IMG/VR virus record: IMGVR_UViG_3300044638_007692
Span: 1-64,000 of that record
Reading direction: 5' to 3' (one strand)
Source of the DNA: an uncultured virus (IMG/VR IMGVR_UViG_3300044638_007692)
Lineage: Duplodnaviria; Heunggongvirae; Uroviricota; Caudoviricetes
DNA: 64,000 nucleotides
Position 1 is the first letter of the stretch. Each line of letters opens with the position of its first letter. Position numbers and translations under genes: made by a program. This document shows positions 37,103-47,603 of this stretch, in pieces. The notes beneath the pieces are model-generated. The model saw nothing but the letters and a program-made list of their open reading frames with translations, was not told the DNA's origin and made no database searches.

Positions 37103-37651
37103 GTGTGGAAACCAGCTAATAACATAGAATGGCAGTCTGAAGCCCTTTGTGCTCAGCCAGGAAATAATCATTATAGAGACTGGTTTTTCTCCAAAGACCC
37201 AAAGCAAAAATATGATGCAAAAAATCTTTGCTATGAATGTCCCGTAAGAGCGCAATGTCTGCAGTGGGCTTTAGAGCACCGACAAATTTGGGGCACATGG
37301 GGCGGCAAAGACGAAAGTGAAATACGTCGAGCACTTTCTGTTTCTTATAAGGGTGAAGAGATAAAACGCCGTAGATACCCGCACTGTCCTTATTGCTCAG
37401 CACGTCCTTCAAAGCTGGAAACAAGTTCTCAGGAAATTCCTGGTGGTGGTAGGTGGACTGTCGCCAAGATAGTCACATGTACGGTGTGTGGCTTTTCTTG
37501 GCGCAGTCGAACTAGCGTAAATGCTATTGAAGCTTATAAACAAGAGCGTATTGATAAATCTGAAAAAAGAGCACGCATTCGAGAGAAAAAAGCTTTAAAG
37601 CTAGAAAAGAAACGTTTAGCTAAAAAACTTAAGAAGCAACAACTTAAATAA
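37103..37651 (+). CDS. whiB: WhiB family transcription factor fused to a zinc ribbon and basic tail
   Basis: WQSEALC...CYECPVRAQC...WGTWGG; then CPYC...CTVC and a Lys/Arg-rich C-terminus. Confidence 0.9.
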   Translation: MWKPANNIEWQSEALCAQPGNNHYRDWFFSKDPKQKYDAKNLCYECPVRAQCLQWALEHRQIWGTWGGKDESEIRRALSVSYKGEEIKRRRYPHCPYCSARPSKLETSSQEIPGGGRWTVAKIVTCTVCGFSWRSRTSVNAIEAYKQERIDKSEKRARIREKKALKLEKKRLAKKLKKQQLK

Positions 37652-39152
37652 TAAAGTCTTTGGGATTCATCTCAAAAGGTCTACTATTTTCATGAATTTT
37701 TCTCATGTCTTCTCTAAATGCTCTGTATTGAGCTTGAGCAAATTCAAATTGATCAAATTGTTTCAACTCACTCATTGCTTGTTCTCTTGAAACATACCCA
37801 AGACCAGCTAAGGTCCACTTCCATAGAGAATCTACACCCCAAAAATCCATAAAATGTAAAGCACTAGGAATTCTACTCTTTGACCTCTCGATGTAGTTTT
37901 CTACAGCAGGAGAGGTAATCTTGTCGAACTTAATAGTTTTCCAAAACTCGGAATCTTCTCTTCCACCTTGATAGTGGAACACCGTGAAGTCTTTATAATA
38001 CTCATACATTTTTTCAGTTTTAGCGTTGTATTTTTGTATTGAAGCAGGGTTTAAAGTTTTTTCTTTTGTATCTGAAAGATACTCTTGACAGAAACTAAAA
38101 ATTTGCATAATAGTTGCATGAATACTGGTTGCCTCTAAAGGTTCAATAAAAGAGCTTGCAAGGCCAACTACCAAAACATTGCCTTTCCAAAATTGGTCCA
38201 CTCGGCCTGATTCATATTTAATATGCTTAATTGGCTCAATAGGGTGCCCCATAATTTTTTCAGCTTCTTTTTGAGCTTCATCCTCAGAAATAAACGCACT
38301 GCTGTAGACATACCCACAACCTCGGCGGCCTCCTGTAGGAGTTCGCCACATCCAACCAGAAGAAAGAGCTTCTGCAACTGTTACAGGTTGTACTTTTTCT
38401 TCTTCTTTGTATGGAACTATAAAAGGCATAGCTCTATCTACAAGAAGTTGGTTTTTGTAGTCTGTCCACCCAATCCCGACCTTGTTTGCCAACAATCTAA
38501 CAAATCCAGTAGCGTCAATGAAAAAATCTCCTTCAATGACTTGACCATCTTCGATAATTACGCTTTCAACTAGACCATCGCTAGTAACAGTAACATCCTT
38601 GATAATTGAATCTATATGAGTAGTTTTTGTGGTTGTAGTTATATACTCTCGTAAAAATTTAGCTACTTTATGGGCATCAAACTGAAACCCATAACCTCCA
38701 CCCGCTGGCGGAAGTTTATTTAGATCATAAGACTGCCCTAATACAGAAGATAGATAAGCTTTTTCAGGACCAAACTCTGTTACAACATAATTAAATAGAT
38801 GGTCAGGAGAGCGCTTAGAAGTTTCTGAGCCGTTAATTGGTGCCCAATAAGAGCCTTTGTCTTTAGCCCAGTTGATGTGTTTAAGTGCGTACTTAGGTAC
38901 AGCATCGACTTTTTTAGCAAACTCTGCAAAATCAAAAGCCACTTTGTTTGGGTTCATTGTTTGATTATTTCCAAATAAAGTAGAGCCATCTAATACATCG
39001 TAGAGAAAACCGCTTGTAGCCTCTCCAGCTCCAATAATTCCTATTTTTTGTGATTCTATAACCACTACTTCATGAAACTTTGGATTACTAGAGTGAATGG
39101 TTAAAGCGGTAAGCCATCCAGCTGTTCCACCACCACAGACTACAAATTTCAC
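37644..39152 (-). CDS. flavin-dependent (tryptophan halogenase-like) halogenase
   Basis: GGGTAGW FAD motif, GAGEAT, Lys in PKYALK at the position of the catalytic Lys, FIDATGF, GWMWRTP (WxWxIP-like), FIEPLEATSI. Confidence 0.85.
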   Translation of the reverse strand: MKFVVCGGGTAGWLTALTIHSSNPKFHEVVVIESQKIGIIGAGEATSGFLYDVLDGSTLFGNNQTMNPNKVAFDFAEFAKKVDAVPKYALKHINWAKDKGSYWAPINGSETSKRSPDHLFNYVVTEFGPEKAYLSSVLGQSYDLNKLPPAGGGYGFQFDAHKVAKFLREYITTTTKTTHIDSIIKDVTVTSDGLVESVIIEDGQVIEGDFFIDATGFVRLLANKVGIGWTDYKNQLLVDRAMPFIVPYKEEEKVQPVTVAEALSSGWMWRTPTGGRRGCGYVYSSAFISEDEAQKEAEKIMGHPIEPIKHIKYESGRVDQFWKGNVLVVGLASSFIEPLEATSIHATIMQIFSFCQEYLSDTKEKTLNPASIQKYNAKTEKMYEYYKDFTVFHYQGGREDSEFWKTIKFDKITSPAVENYIERSKSRIPSALHFMDFWGVDSLWKWTLAGLGYVSREQAMSELKQFDQFEFAQAQYRAFREDMRKIHENSRPFEMNPKDFII

Positions 39153-40228
39153 TAGACACTCTTTTCTTCTGGATTTACAGCGCTAAGACAAAATTTAAGA
39201 TTTTCTGCAAGTCTTTCATTATCTGGCTCGATGCTAAAAGCGTTCTTTGCATGCTCCACTGCTTCTTCAAACTTACCTAAATAGTAAGCAGAAATTGCAG
39301 CAAAATCGTGCGGGGCTGCTCCCCATGCTTTTGCTTCGCACAAATACTCTAAAGGTTTCTCAGCAATGGCAATAGCATCTTTAGCAGCTTCATAACACTT
39401 CTGCCAATCTTTACGTTGATAGTACAACTCTGCTAAATCAACAAAAGGTTCACGTCGTCCTGGAGCTTGCTCGATAGCTTTACGAAACCAAATCTCTGCT
39501 TCTGCAGGAAGACTCTTACCAATAAAGCGCATTGATGCAGCACGCTCTGGTGCCCACCGAGCTGTTGGGAGTTCAAGATGTCGCTTTAGCTCTACTGCTG
39601 CTTCTTGGTAGCGACCATAAAAATAAAGTTCTCGACCATAGTAGAACGCATTGCGGTCGTTATATGGATCTTCTTGAACAGAAAGAGCTAACAACGGTAG
39701 ATACTGAGAGCGCGACTTTGTTGGGTCTGGGTGGTGGTGAGTCTCTAAACCTTCAATCCACTCTTGTACTTCCTCGCGTCCGTATACATATAAACACTCA
39801 TGCACTGGGTGACGCCAACGATAATTTTTACGAGTATGAATGTGGTCATAGCTAAACTCCAAACCTGGAGTCCCATCATCATTCCAAGACCAAATATGCT
39901 TATAGCGAGGACGTGTTACTCCACGTTGCCATGCAGCTTCAAGCAATGGACGCCAGTTAGGAGTAATTACTTCATCCATATCAAGGGAGATACACATATC
40001 AATATCGATTGGTAAAGCTGCCATTGCTGCGTTTCTAGCATCATCAAAACGCCAAGGGGATACTCGAACATCGACTACATTAATTCCAAGCTCTTTTGCA
40101 CGCTCAACGGTGCCGTCTGTGGAGCCTGTATCGGCTATTAACAAGTAATCAGCTTCTTTTGAAGCTTCATACCATTTATCAACAAACTGTCGTTCATTTA
40201 ATGCGATTGTGTATATAGCTACTTTCAT
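39152..40228 (-). CDS. GT2-family glycosyltransferase with C-terminal TPRs
   Basis: IALNE, ADTGSTDGT, FDDARN, SLDMDE (DxD), HPVHE; TPR-like helices (RNAFYYGRELY, REPFVDLAELYY). Confidence 0.85.
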   Translation of the reverse strand: MKVAIYTIALNERQFVDKWYEASKEADYLLIADTGSTDGTVERAKELGINVVDVRVSPWRFDDARNAAMAALPIDIDMCISLDMDEVITPNWRPLLEAAWQRGVTRPRYKHIWSWNDDGTPGLEFSYDHIHTRKNYRWRHPVHECLYVYGREEVQEWIEGLETHHHPDPTKSRSQYLPLLALSVQEDPYNDRNAFYYGRELYFYGRYQEAAVELKRHLELPTARWAPERAASMRFIGKSLPAEAEIWFRKAIEQAPGRREPFVDLAELYYQRKDWQKCYEAAKDAIAIAEKPLEYLCEAKAWGAAPHDFAAISAYYLGKFEEAVEHAKNAFSIEPDNERLAENLKFCLSAVNPEEKSV

Positions 40229-40237
40229 GTGAGCATC

Positions 40238-40813
40238 CTACCTTGTCTTCCTATACCAACGCTGATATCCGTCAACTAAAAGTTCGAGTCGGTCCGAATA
40301 AACTGCATTAAAGGCATCTATTGCCAACTTTGGCTCATTTAAATAGCCAAGCCCAGCGGACCATTGATAATCATCAAAAGCTATTATTCCATTTACATTT
40401 AAACACTCGTAAGCGCTTATTGCATCTTTTATTACACCATAGGAAGTATGATCCCCATCAACATACACAAAGTCATACTTCTCTAAATTATTTTTAAAAA
40501 ACCAATCACTTGTAGACTTGACTTTAATAATTTTTTTGCTCTGCTGCCCTACTAAAGTTTTTACATCATAAAAACTTTCTACAGACTCCCAGTTCATCTG
40601 ATTATGAACAGGTTCGTCAGAACCCTCCCACGTGTCTACATCAATCAACACCGAGTCTGGGTTGTGACGTAATATGTTGTCCCAAAGCCACACAGAAGCA
40701 TCCCCTGTGTATGCGCCTATTTGCAACATTCGAGCAGGTTTATTTAAAAACTCTAGTAGATGGTTTTTAAAGTTCTCTTGACCATCATTTTCAAACCAGT
40801 TGGGATATGTCAT
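40238..40813 (-). CDS. class I SAM-dependent methyltransferase (Methyltransf_24-like)
   Basis: LQIGAYTGDAS, DVDTWEGS, YDFVYVDGDH, GIIAFDDY. Confidence 0.85.
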   Translation of the reverse strand: MTYPNWFENDGQENFKNHLLEFLNKPARMLQIGAYTGDASVWLWDNILRHNPDSVLIDVDTWEGSDEPVHNQMNWESVESFYDVKTLVGQQSKKIIKVKSTSDWFFKNNLEKYDFVYVDGDHTSYGVIKDAISAYECLNVNGIIAFDDYQWSAGLGYLNEPKLAIDAFNAVYSDRLELLVDGYQRWYRKTR

Positions 40814-40845
40814 TTTCGTCCTTTCGTAAAATAGCTTACCTTAAA

Positions 40846-41475
40846 TTACACGTATGGGGTAGCACCGCTATAGCTTGAGTGGGGAGTTCCAGTCCAAAAT
40901 CCGTCTAGTGAGCCATCAAAATAGGTCCCCAAAGTGGAAGACCTTTCTGCCATAACAGAGTCAACAAAAAATACGTCTGTATTAGATGCTGAAGTGGTCA
41001 CAATTCTTAGTGCAAAAAAATTAGCTCCAGAGGTTCTAGTAAAAGACCCGCTCAATCTAACCCAGCCATCAGCACTAGTTAGGGCTTGAATTCCAATATT
41101 TCCACTAGATATAGCAGCTGAAGCATTGCTTGTGGTGTATTGAAGATGACGAAGATAGTAAGTCGCATTGTCATTTAGAGCATCAAGCTTTACATAAGCG
41201 CTGACAGTCCACTCTTCTGAAGTGTCAATAAATGGGATTCTTTCAAGTGTTTGAACACCTCCTCCAGAGGTGTTTGTAACTTTAAGACAAGCTGACCCTG
41301 TGTTAAATTCGTTTGTATCTCTTTCTAAGGTAGTTCCAGCAAAAGGTGTCCAGTCAGAGATGTCTACTTCAAAAGTCGGGTTTTTAATATAATTAACCCT
41401 GTAATCTAAATTAAAAGCTTCTGCAGGGTTTTTTAAATAACCTGCACCAGCAATGGACCCGACATTAATTGGCAT
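40846..41475 (-). CDS. carbohydrate-binding (CBM_4_9-like) virion-type protein
   Basis: NYIKNPTFEVDISDW...WTVSAYVK...WVRLS...FFVDSVMAE...YFDG. The likely start is MPINV at 41475, just after the upstream stop at 41478. Confidence 0.65.
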   Translation of the reverse strand: MPINVGSIAGAGYLKNPAEAFNLDYRVNYIKNPTFEVDISDWTPFAGTTLERDTNEFNTGSACLKVTNTSGGGVQTLERIPFIDTSEEWTVSAYVKLDALNDNATYYLRHLQYTTSNASAAISSGNIGIQALTSADGWVRLSGSFTRTSGANFFALRIVTTSASNTDVFFVDSVMAERSSTLGTYFDGSLDGFWTGTPHSSYSGATPYV

Positions 41476-41477
41476 TT

Positions 41478-41939
41478 TTAAATTAGTGCCAAGTCTCCGA
41501 CGAGAATCCACTCGTTAGTTCCAATTTTTACGGCAGAAGCTACAGAGTAGCGAGCTCTCAATTTATTGGTTGGAGTTGCTCTTACTGTCACGCCGACTGC
41601 CCCAGCGACGGTAAGCTGACCTGCTCCATATTGAATAAAGTCAATTTTTTGACCGTCTTGAAAAGCAACTGATGCTTCAACAGGTATTGTTGCAATCATA
41701 GAAGCACCGTTATCACATTTTAAAATTTTTCCAGCATCAGTTAGCTCTAAAATAAAAGAAGCGCTTTTTGTCACAACAGGTTGAGCAGTTGACCAGTCCC
41801 CCTGAGGCCCAGTAACACCCTGTGCACCCGTTGGGCCAGTAGGCCCAACAAAGCCAGTAGGACCAGTAGGACCTGTAGCTCCAACAGCAATAGGTTTCCA
41901 AATTTGATCATCAAGATCATATTTTTTTAAGACTGGCAT
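41478..41939 (-). CDS. short collagen-like protein with C-terminal beta domain
   Basis: (GPT)n segment; C-terminal LRARYSVASAVKIGTNEWILVGDL domain shared with 58308-60197. Confidence 0.75.
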   Translation of the reverse strand: MPVLKKYDLDDQIWKPIAVGATGPTGPTGFVGPTGPTGAQGVTGPQGDWSTAQPVVTKSASFILELTDAGKILKCDNGASMIATIPVEASVAFQDGQKIDFIQYGAGQLTVAGAVGVTVRATPTNKLRARYSVASAVKIGTNEWILVGDLALI

Positions 41940-41958
41940 TTTATTCTCCTATTGACTC

Positions 41959-43545
41959 TTAAGGTAGGGCGTGCGTCCACAGTGCACGGTTAGAAGCTGT
42001 TACAGAACCTGCAGAAATAGAGCTTGGTAAATCTGTTTGAGCCGCAACTAAACCTGTAATTCTTGGAGGTAAGGCCAAAATTGCGTTAACACCAGCAGAT
42101 GCAACATGTGCGTGACCAATAACTGTAGGAAGCGTTTGTGTGCTTACCAGTACAACTGCATATGCATACAAATTACCAGCTGTCTTGGTAAATGATGAAG
42201 TTAAGTTAACTTCAAAAGCGCTGTTAGCGGTTGAAAAAATTGATGTGTCGTTTGCAGTAGACGCTACCAAAGTTAAATCTCCAGTAGAGTCATTTACTGA
42301 ATAGACTCCATATTTCACTAGTGTTGGGGTTGCACCAGCAGCAGTACCGCAAGCCATAGAAAGTTTTGTAATAGTTTCTGTTTTGATTGCTCGACGATAA
42401 GTTAGAATAAGGTTTCCTGATGCTCCATATGCAACACCAGTAAGAGGAGCTTTTCTATCAATACTGCCCTCTCCACTAGAAAGAATATCTAAATCACCAA
42501 GTCTCGTGTTTAACCCAGAAATTTGACTTGTAGATAGGGTCACCTCATCACTACCGCCAGCAGCATGAGTGCTAGCGTGGGTAAGAATTGCTGAATCTAC
42601 AGTTGTATCTACCCAAATAATTGATAAATCTGCTGGAGGAACTGCACTAGAAATTATTCCTGTTTCACCAATAGCACCAGTAGGACCTGTTGGCCCCTCA
42701 GGACCAGTTGGACCAGTAGGTCCGAGTGAACCAGTTGGACCTGTTGGACCAGCAGCACCAGTTGGTCCTCCTGGTTCACCAGCAGGTCCAGTAGCGCCAG
42801 TTGCACCATCTGCTCCACCAATACCCTGTGGACCTGTAGGTCCAGTAGAACCTGTAGGGCCAGTTACACCAATTGGACCAACGAGCGCCCACTCTTGGTT
42901 AAGGTCTGACCATGCATAAACAAATTCTGAAGCAACGACATAAGCATCACCAATTGCACCAATTGGGTTATCAGCTTGAAGAAGATTAAGAGTTGCGTAT
43001 GTTCCAAGAATACGAACGCTAGACCCTTGGGGACCAGTTGGTCCTGATGGGCCCGTTGGACCAGATGGACCAGCGGGACCTGTTGGTCCTGAAGGAGCAA
43101 TACTTGCTACAGTGTTAAATCCTGAACCTGTATAAAAATTAACTTCTTGAGTGTCAGAATCAATCCAAATATCTCCTACAGAAGGGAATCCCGGTTGATT
43201 TGAAGAATAAGTTATATTTGCTCTACCAGCTTGATCATAAACAAGAGTTGCAGAAAAATTAGCAAGAGATGTGCTGGACTTAACCCAAAGCTGGTCTCCA
43301 ACATTTAAAGCAAATCTAAATGTCTCAAAGGATTGACCCACAGAAACAGCCAAATTGTCAACAATGTAGGAGCGAGTTGCCTCCACACCTAGGGCTTCGG
43401 CTGGTTCAACGTAGATAGTAACAAGACTCTGAATATTAGCTCTGTTTGAAACAATTACAGAAGCAACACCAACTGTGTCGTTGGTAGCAAGCAGAGTAGC
43501 TATGTTTGCATTGGGAGTAGCAAGACCTAAGCGTTTTGCTGCCAT
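41959..43545 (-). CDS. collagen-like fibre protein
   Basis: N-terminal domain (RLG...SFETFRFA) paralogous to 45201-47594; G-X-T repeats; distinct C-terminal domain. Confidence 0.8.
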   Translation of the reverse strand: MAAKRLGLATPNANIATLLATNDTVGVASVIVSNRANIQSLVTIYVEPAEALGVEATRSYIVDNLAVSVGQSFETFRFALNVGDQLWVKSSTSLANFSATLVYDQAGRANITYSSNQPGFPSVGDIWIDSDTQEVNFYTGSGFNTVASIAPSGPTGPAGPSGPTGPSGPTGPQGSSVRILGTYATLNLLQADNPIGAIGDAYVVASEFVYAWSDLNQEWALVGPIGVTGPTGSTGPTGPQGIGGADGATGATGPAGEPGGPTGAAGPTGPTGSLGPTGPTGPEGPTGPTGAIGETGIISSAVPPADLSIIWVDTTVDSAILTHASTHAAGGSDEVTLSTSQISGLNTRLGDLDILSSGEGSIDRKAPLTGVAYGASGNLILTYRRAIKTETITKLSMACGTAAGATPTLVKYGVYSVNDSTGDLTLVASTANDTSIFSTANSAFEVNLTSSFTKTAGNLYAYAVVLVSTQTLPTVIGHAHVASAGVNAILALPPRITGLVAAQTDLPSSISAGSVTASNRALWTHALP

Positions 43546-43578
43546 TTGTCGCTCCTTACTTCGTCAGCTTTTCTCATA

Positions 43579-43586
43579 ATTATACC
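43579..43586 (-). promoter_or_regulatory. putative sigma-A -10 element (GGTATAAT) for 41959-43545
   Basis: Perfect TATAAT on the - strand in the 50-bp intergenic gap, followed by SD AAGGAG. Confidence 0.55.
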
Positions 43587-43595
43587 TTTAAAATC

Positions 43596-45188
43596 CTATA
43601 CCGTGGCTCTTTGGAAGGAGAATTTTCTCTGTGAAGCCATAGGTACGTAGGCTATCAGGTTAGCGCCACCATGCACGCTATGGACATTCGTATAGTCATT
43701 TGTGAGGTCAGTCTTAAAAAGACTAGAAAATGACTTATCTTTGATGAAGTTGATGACCTGTCTTGGGGTCCAGTCTGGGTGCATTTGATATACAAGAGCC
43801 GCTATACCTGCAATTTGAGGAGCTGCCATGGAGGTACCAGACAAAAGTTGCTGCTTAAAAGAGCCATTTAAAAAGTACGGGTAGTTAGAGTTATCGTCAT
43901 TAACTTGGCTCATTGCACTCATAATTCTGGACCCAGCGGCATAAACTGTCACTCCTGGACCAGAATTACTGAAGTTTGACTTTCTGTCTGTTGAAGTTCC
44001 AGTGACTGTTTGGTGGTCAACAGAACCTACAGTAAAAACACTCTCTCGTGCTGTAATACTAGCTCCTGGTGTGCCACCTCTGTGGTATGTAAAAGCGCCA
44101 AAGTCAGTGAGGATGTAGTTGTTGTAATCAAATCCACCTTGAACATCAATTTTTGTAAACTCATTTCCAGCAGCGTTGACAAATAAAATTCCAGCTTCAG
44201 CGCCAGTTCTAATGTCAGCATCAACAGCAGCAACTCTAAATGGATATCTATAAGTAGATGGAGCAACAAGAGCACCAGTGTGACCTTTTGCAGTGTCTAA
44301 TACAGTACCTTCCCAAGCAACACCTCGGTAAACCCCTCCATTTATAGCGTAAAGAGTTTCTGATTCATCTAAGCCAAATGAAAAGGCTTCTAAATCTGCT
44401 CTATGAAATACTCCATACCCCCAGCTATTAACAACAACAGTAGGTCTTCCATTTGTTTTGTTATTGTGCCAACCAATTAACACATCAAAAGCGGTTGCTA
44501 CGTCAAACCCTTCTCCAGGATCACTAGGAGCTCTTAATCCTTCAAGCTTTATAGAATAAATTCTTGCATTTTTTGCCCATCCAAAATTAAGACCAGCAAC
44601 AGTAGCAGCAACGTGAGTTCCATGACCATCATAATCTTGATAGAACCCTGAGGGCATACTTCCAGAAACACCACTGACTGCAAACCAATCTACAAGGTTT
44701 ACTCTACTTGCACCACTACCATCAGAATATAAAAATTCAGGGTGGTTGGCTTGAATACCGCTATCTATAATTACAACGTCAACATTAGAACCATCTAAAA
44801 CATAGTCATAGGTTCCACCTGGGTCTAAAAGACTACTTCCATAAACATTAGATAGCTTTGAATGTCTCAACAATCCCCAGTTAACTTTAGGACCAGTTTG
44901 ATTTGTAGTTTTATCAAAAGTTCCAGTTTGAAAAGCTAACTTTTGTGGTTTAAAAATGCTTAGGTCTTGTACATCGGAAACGCGAGGGTCTTGTCTTAAA
45001 AACTCTGCTTCTCTATCTGTTAGCCAGTATGAAGTGTTTAAAGGGTTTTCTGGCCTATCGTTTGCCACTTCCACGGCTCTAATAGGAATAGTAGTTAGAT
45101 TACTTCCCTCAGTAAGAAGAGCGTCCCACACAGCATCAGTAAGCTCTAGACTTTCTGTAGTAACTGTGTACTCTTTGTATTCACTCAT
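43596..45188 (-). CDS. subtilisin-like (S8) serine protease with N-terminal prodomain
   Basis: Catalytic triad motifs VVIIDSG, GHGTHVA, SGTSMAAP; oxyanion AAGN. Confidence 0.9.
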   Translation of the reverse strand: MSEYKEYTVTTESLELTDAVWDALLTEGSNLTTIPIRAVEVANDRPENPLNTSYWLTDREAEFLRQDPRVSDVQDLSIFKPQKLAFQTGTFDKTTNQTGPKVNWGLLRHSKLSNVYGSSLLDPGGTYDYVLDGSNVDVVIIDSGIQANHPEFLYSDGSGASRVNLVDWFAVSGVSGSMPSGFYQDYDGHGTHVAATVAGLNFGWAKNARIYSIKLEGLRAPSDPGEGFDVATAFDVLIGWHNNKTNGRPTVVVNSWGYGVFHRADLEAFSFGLDESETLYAINGGVYRGVAWEGTVLDTAKGHTGALVAPSTYRYPFRVAAVDADIRTGAEAGILFVNAAGNEFTKIDVQGGFDYNNYILTDFGAFTYHRGGTPGASITARESVFTVGSVDHQTVTGTSTDRKSNFSNSGPGVTVYAAGSRIMSAMSQVNDDNSNYPYFLNGSFKQQLLSGTSMAAPQIAGIAALVYQMHPDWTPRQVINFIKDKSFSSLFKTDLTNDYTNVHSVHGGANLIAYVPMASQRKFSFQRATV

Positions 45189-45200
45189 GTACCAGTCCTA

Positions 45201-47594
45201 TTAAATAGCCGAGATATCTTTAATTACGATAGTGTTTCCCATTGCTGGGTGTGACAAACATTGATATCTATATCCACCAGTAAGGTTTTGTCTGATTCTC
45301 CAATAAAGAGTTCCTGAGCTCTTACCTTGAGCATTTGAATCGGTAGAAACAACACCATTAGTGTCTACGTGAATTAAACCTTCACTAAAGTTGTTTCCAT
45401 CTGCTGTTTGGATTGCAAATGGGTGACCAGCATTAGCAAGATTGAAAGCAATAGTAGTTCCAGAGATAGCATAAATTGTTGGGTTATTAGATAATCCGTA
45501 GTGACTTGTAAATCTATAGGCAGTTGTACCTTGATTAACAACTCGTAGCATAGTAATTGCTGGTTCATAAATTTCATCAACAGTTACTGAAGCAGAGGTG
45601 ATGTCATTCAAAGAGCCAAAATTAGTAGTACCTGCAGGTCCAGTAGGTCCAGTAGCACCAGTAGCACCAGTTGGTCCAGTTGGTCCAGTTGAACCGACTG
45701 CTCCTGTAGGACCTGTTACTGCAGGGCCTGTAGGTCCAGTTGAACCGACTGCTCCTGTAGGACCTGTTGGACCACCAGATGGACCTGTAGCACCTGTAGG
45801 TCCTGTAGGTCCTTGACCAGTTCCTTCAATCTCAACCCATTGAGTCCCGTTGTAGTAGTACAACTGAGATCCAATTGGTGCATCACTTACGTAAATAATT
45901 GCACCAGCACTAGCAGTTAAGCTAGATAGAGCAGCAACAGTAGAACTTAAAAGTTTAAATGGTGCGTTAGAGATAACTTCACTCTCTGCATCAAGAGTTA
46001 AAGTTGTTGGAGAACTTACAGTAAATGTTCCAACTCCTGAAGCAGGAGGAAGGATTGTAGGAGTCTCAATCTGAGACACAATAAGTTTTTGTGTAGAAGC
46101 ATCGAAGATGATTCCTTGATTAGTTTTACCACCTTGAATACCTGTTAAATCTTCATAAAGACCAACAAATGTAGTTGAATCTACTGTCTCAACTACTGCA
46201 ACACTAGAGCTGCCTGGTCCTTGAGGACCAACAGGTCCAGTTGCACCTGTAGGTCCTGTTGGGCCACCTGAAGGTCCAGTTGGACCAGTATCACCAGTAG
46301 AACCTGTGGCACCAGTAGCACCTGTAGGACCCACTGGTCCAGCAATTGCTCCAAGATTGACCCATGCAGAACCAGTCCACATGTAAGTATCGCCTGTATC
46401 TAAAGTTACATAAGCGTCATATAAAGTGTTTCCTGATGATGGTAGAGAAGCGAAATCAGCAACACTACCCTTCATAACAATATTTGTTCCAGCAGGTCCA
46501 GTAATTCCTTGTGAACCAGTTGGTCCAGTTGAGCCAGTGGCACCAGTCGGTCCAGTTGCTCCCGTTGGACCAATTGCACCTTGTGAACCAGTTGGTCCTG
46601 GAATAATTGATGGGTCTCCCTGAGGACCTGTAGGTCCTGCACTACCTGCTGGACCTGTCGCACCCGTTGGACCAGTTACATTTGATGGGGCTCCTGTAGG
46701 TCCTGTTGAACCAGTAGGTCCAGTAGCACCATAAATAGGTCCAACATTTGACCATGCACTCCCCGTCCACACATAAACATCTCGTGTGTCAAGAGTTACA
46801 TAAGCATCGTCAGCTGTGTTACCTGTCGAAGGTAGTGCCGCAAAGTTGGCTACTCCACCTAATAAATTAACACTAGTTGCTTGCGGACCAGCTACACCTT
46901 GTGGACCAGTAGGACCTGTTGGTCCTTGATTACCACCTAAACCAACAGGACCAGTAGCACCCGTAGGGCCAACTGCACCTGTAGGTCCTGTTGGGCCACC
47001 TGAAGGTCCAGTTGGACCTGTAGCGCCAGCGGCTCCAGTTGGACCAGTTGGTCCAGAAGTTACACCAGTACCTACAATTTCCCAGCCGTTTGTAGTCTTC
47101 TGCTCTAGAGCACCTGCACCACCATTTAGTTCTGTATTAAATCGAACATAACCAACTTCAGCAGTAGAGCGACGCTCTGCTGTTGTTCCAATGTCAATAT
47201 AAACAGTGTTATACAAACCTCTAATTTCTTTATTAGTAAAAGTTTGTACGAGGTTTTCAGGAAGAGCAGAGTCTTCTTGAGCGATACCTACACAGCTAAA
47301 TGAAGCATTTGATGTACTAGAACGTACCCAAAGTGTGTCGCCTGGATTGACAGCAAATCTAAAAGTTTCAAAAGAAGAGCCAACAGGTACATCTAAGTTA
47401 AAAGCAATGTACGCAAAGTTAAGAGCGATTACAGCATTAGCTGGTGCAATCCAAATACTTACTTTACATGCTGGTACTGCTACTACACCTTTATTGGCAA
47501 TAATTACTGAAACAAGGTGCGCTTCAGAAAATGTAGCAAGAACAGTATCAGTATTACCCGTTGGGTTCTGAATCCCAAGTCGCTGAATTGGCAT
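45201..47594 (-). CDS. collagen-like fibre protein with C-terminal cupredoxin-like domain
   Basis: GPT/GAT repeats with LPxxGN..DAY...W.G..W knobs; C-terminal GHPFAI...[15 protein letters not shown] (His...Cys-x-x-His...Met). Confidence 0.75.
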   Translation of the reverse strand: MPIQRLGIQNPTGNTDTVLATFSEAHLVSVIIANKGVVAVPACKVSIWIAPANAVIALNFAYIAFNLDVPVGSSFETFRFAVNPGDTLWVRSSTSNASFSCVGIAQEDSALPENLVQTFTNKEIRGLYNTVYIDIGTTAERRSTAEVGYVRFNTELNGGAGALEQKTTNGWEIVGTGVTSGPTGPTGAAGATGPTGPSGGPTGPTGAVGPTGATGPVGLGGNQGPTGPTGPQGVAGPQATSVNLLGGVANFAALPSTGNTADDAYVTLDTRDVYVWTGSAWSNVGPIYGATGPTGSTGPTGAPSNVTGPTGATGPAGSAGPTGPQGDPSIIPGPTGSQGAIGPTGATGPTGATGSTGPTGSQGITGPAGTNIVMKGSVADFASLPSSGNTLYDAYVTLDTGDTYMWTGSAWVNLGAIAGPVGPTGATGATGSTGDTGPTGPSGGPTGPTGATGPVGPQGPGSSSVAVVETVDSTTFVGLYEDLTGIQGGKTNQGIIFDASTQKLIVSQIETPTILPPASGVGTFTVSSPTTLTLDAESEVISNAPFKLLSSTVAALSSLTASAGAIIYVSDAPIGSQLYYYNGTQWVEIEGTGQGPTGPTGATGPSGGPTGPTGAVGSTGPTGPAVTGPTGAVGSTGPTGPTGATGATGPTGPAGTTNFGSLNDITSASVTVDEIYEPAITMLRVVNQGTTAYRFTSHYGLSNNPTIYAISGTTIAFNLANAGHPFAIQTADGNNFSEGLIHVDTNGVVSTDSNAQGKSSGTLYWRIRQNLTGGYRYQCLSHPAMGNTIVIKDISAI

Positions 47595-47603
47595 GTGTCT
47601 CTC

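Noticed and set aside
41476..41511. ORF-track N-terminal extension of the CBM protein
   Set aside because: It overlaps the upstream gene; ATG 41475 (MPINV) follows the upstream stop and matches the start of the 2034-aa protein
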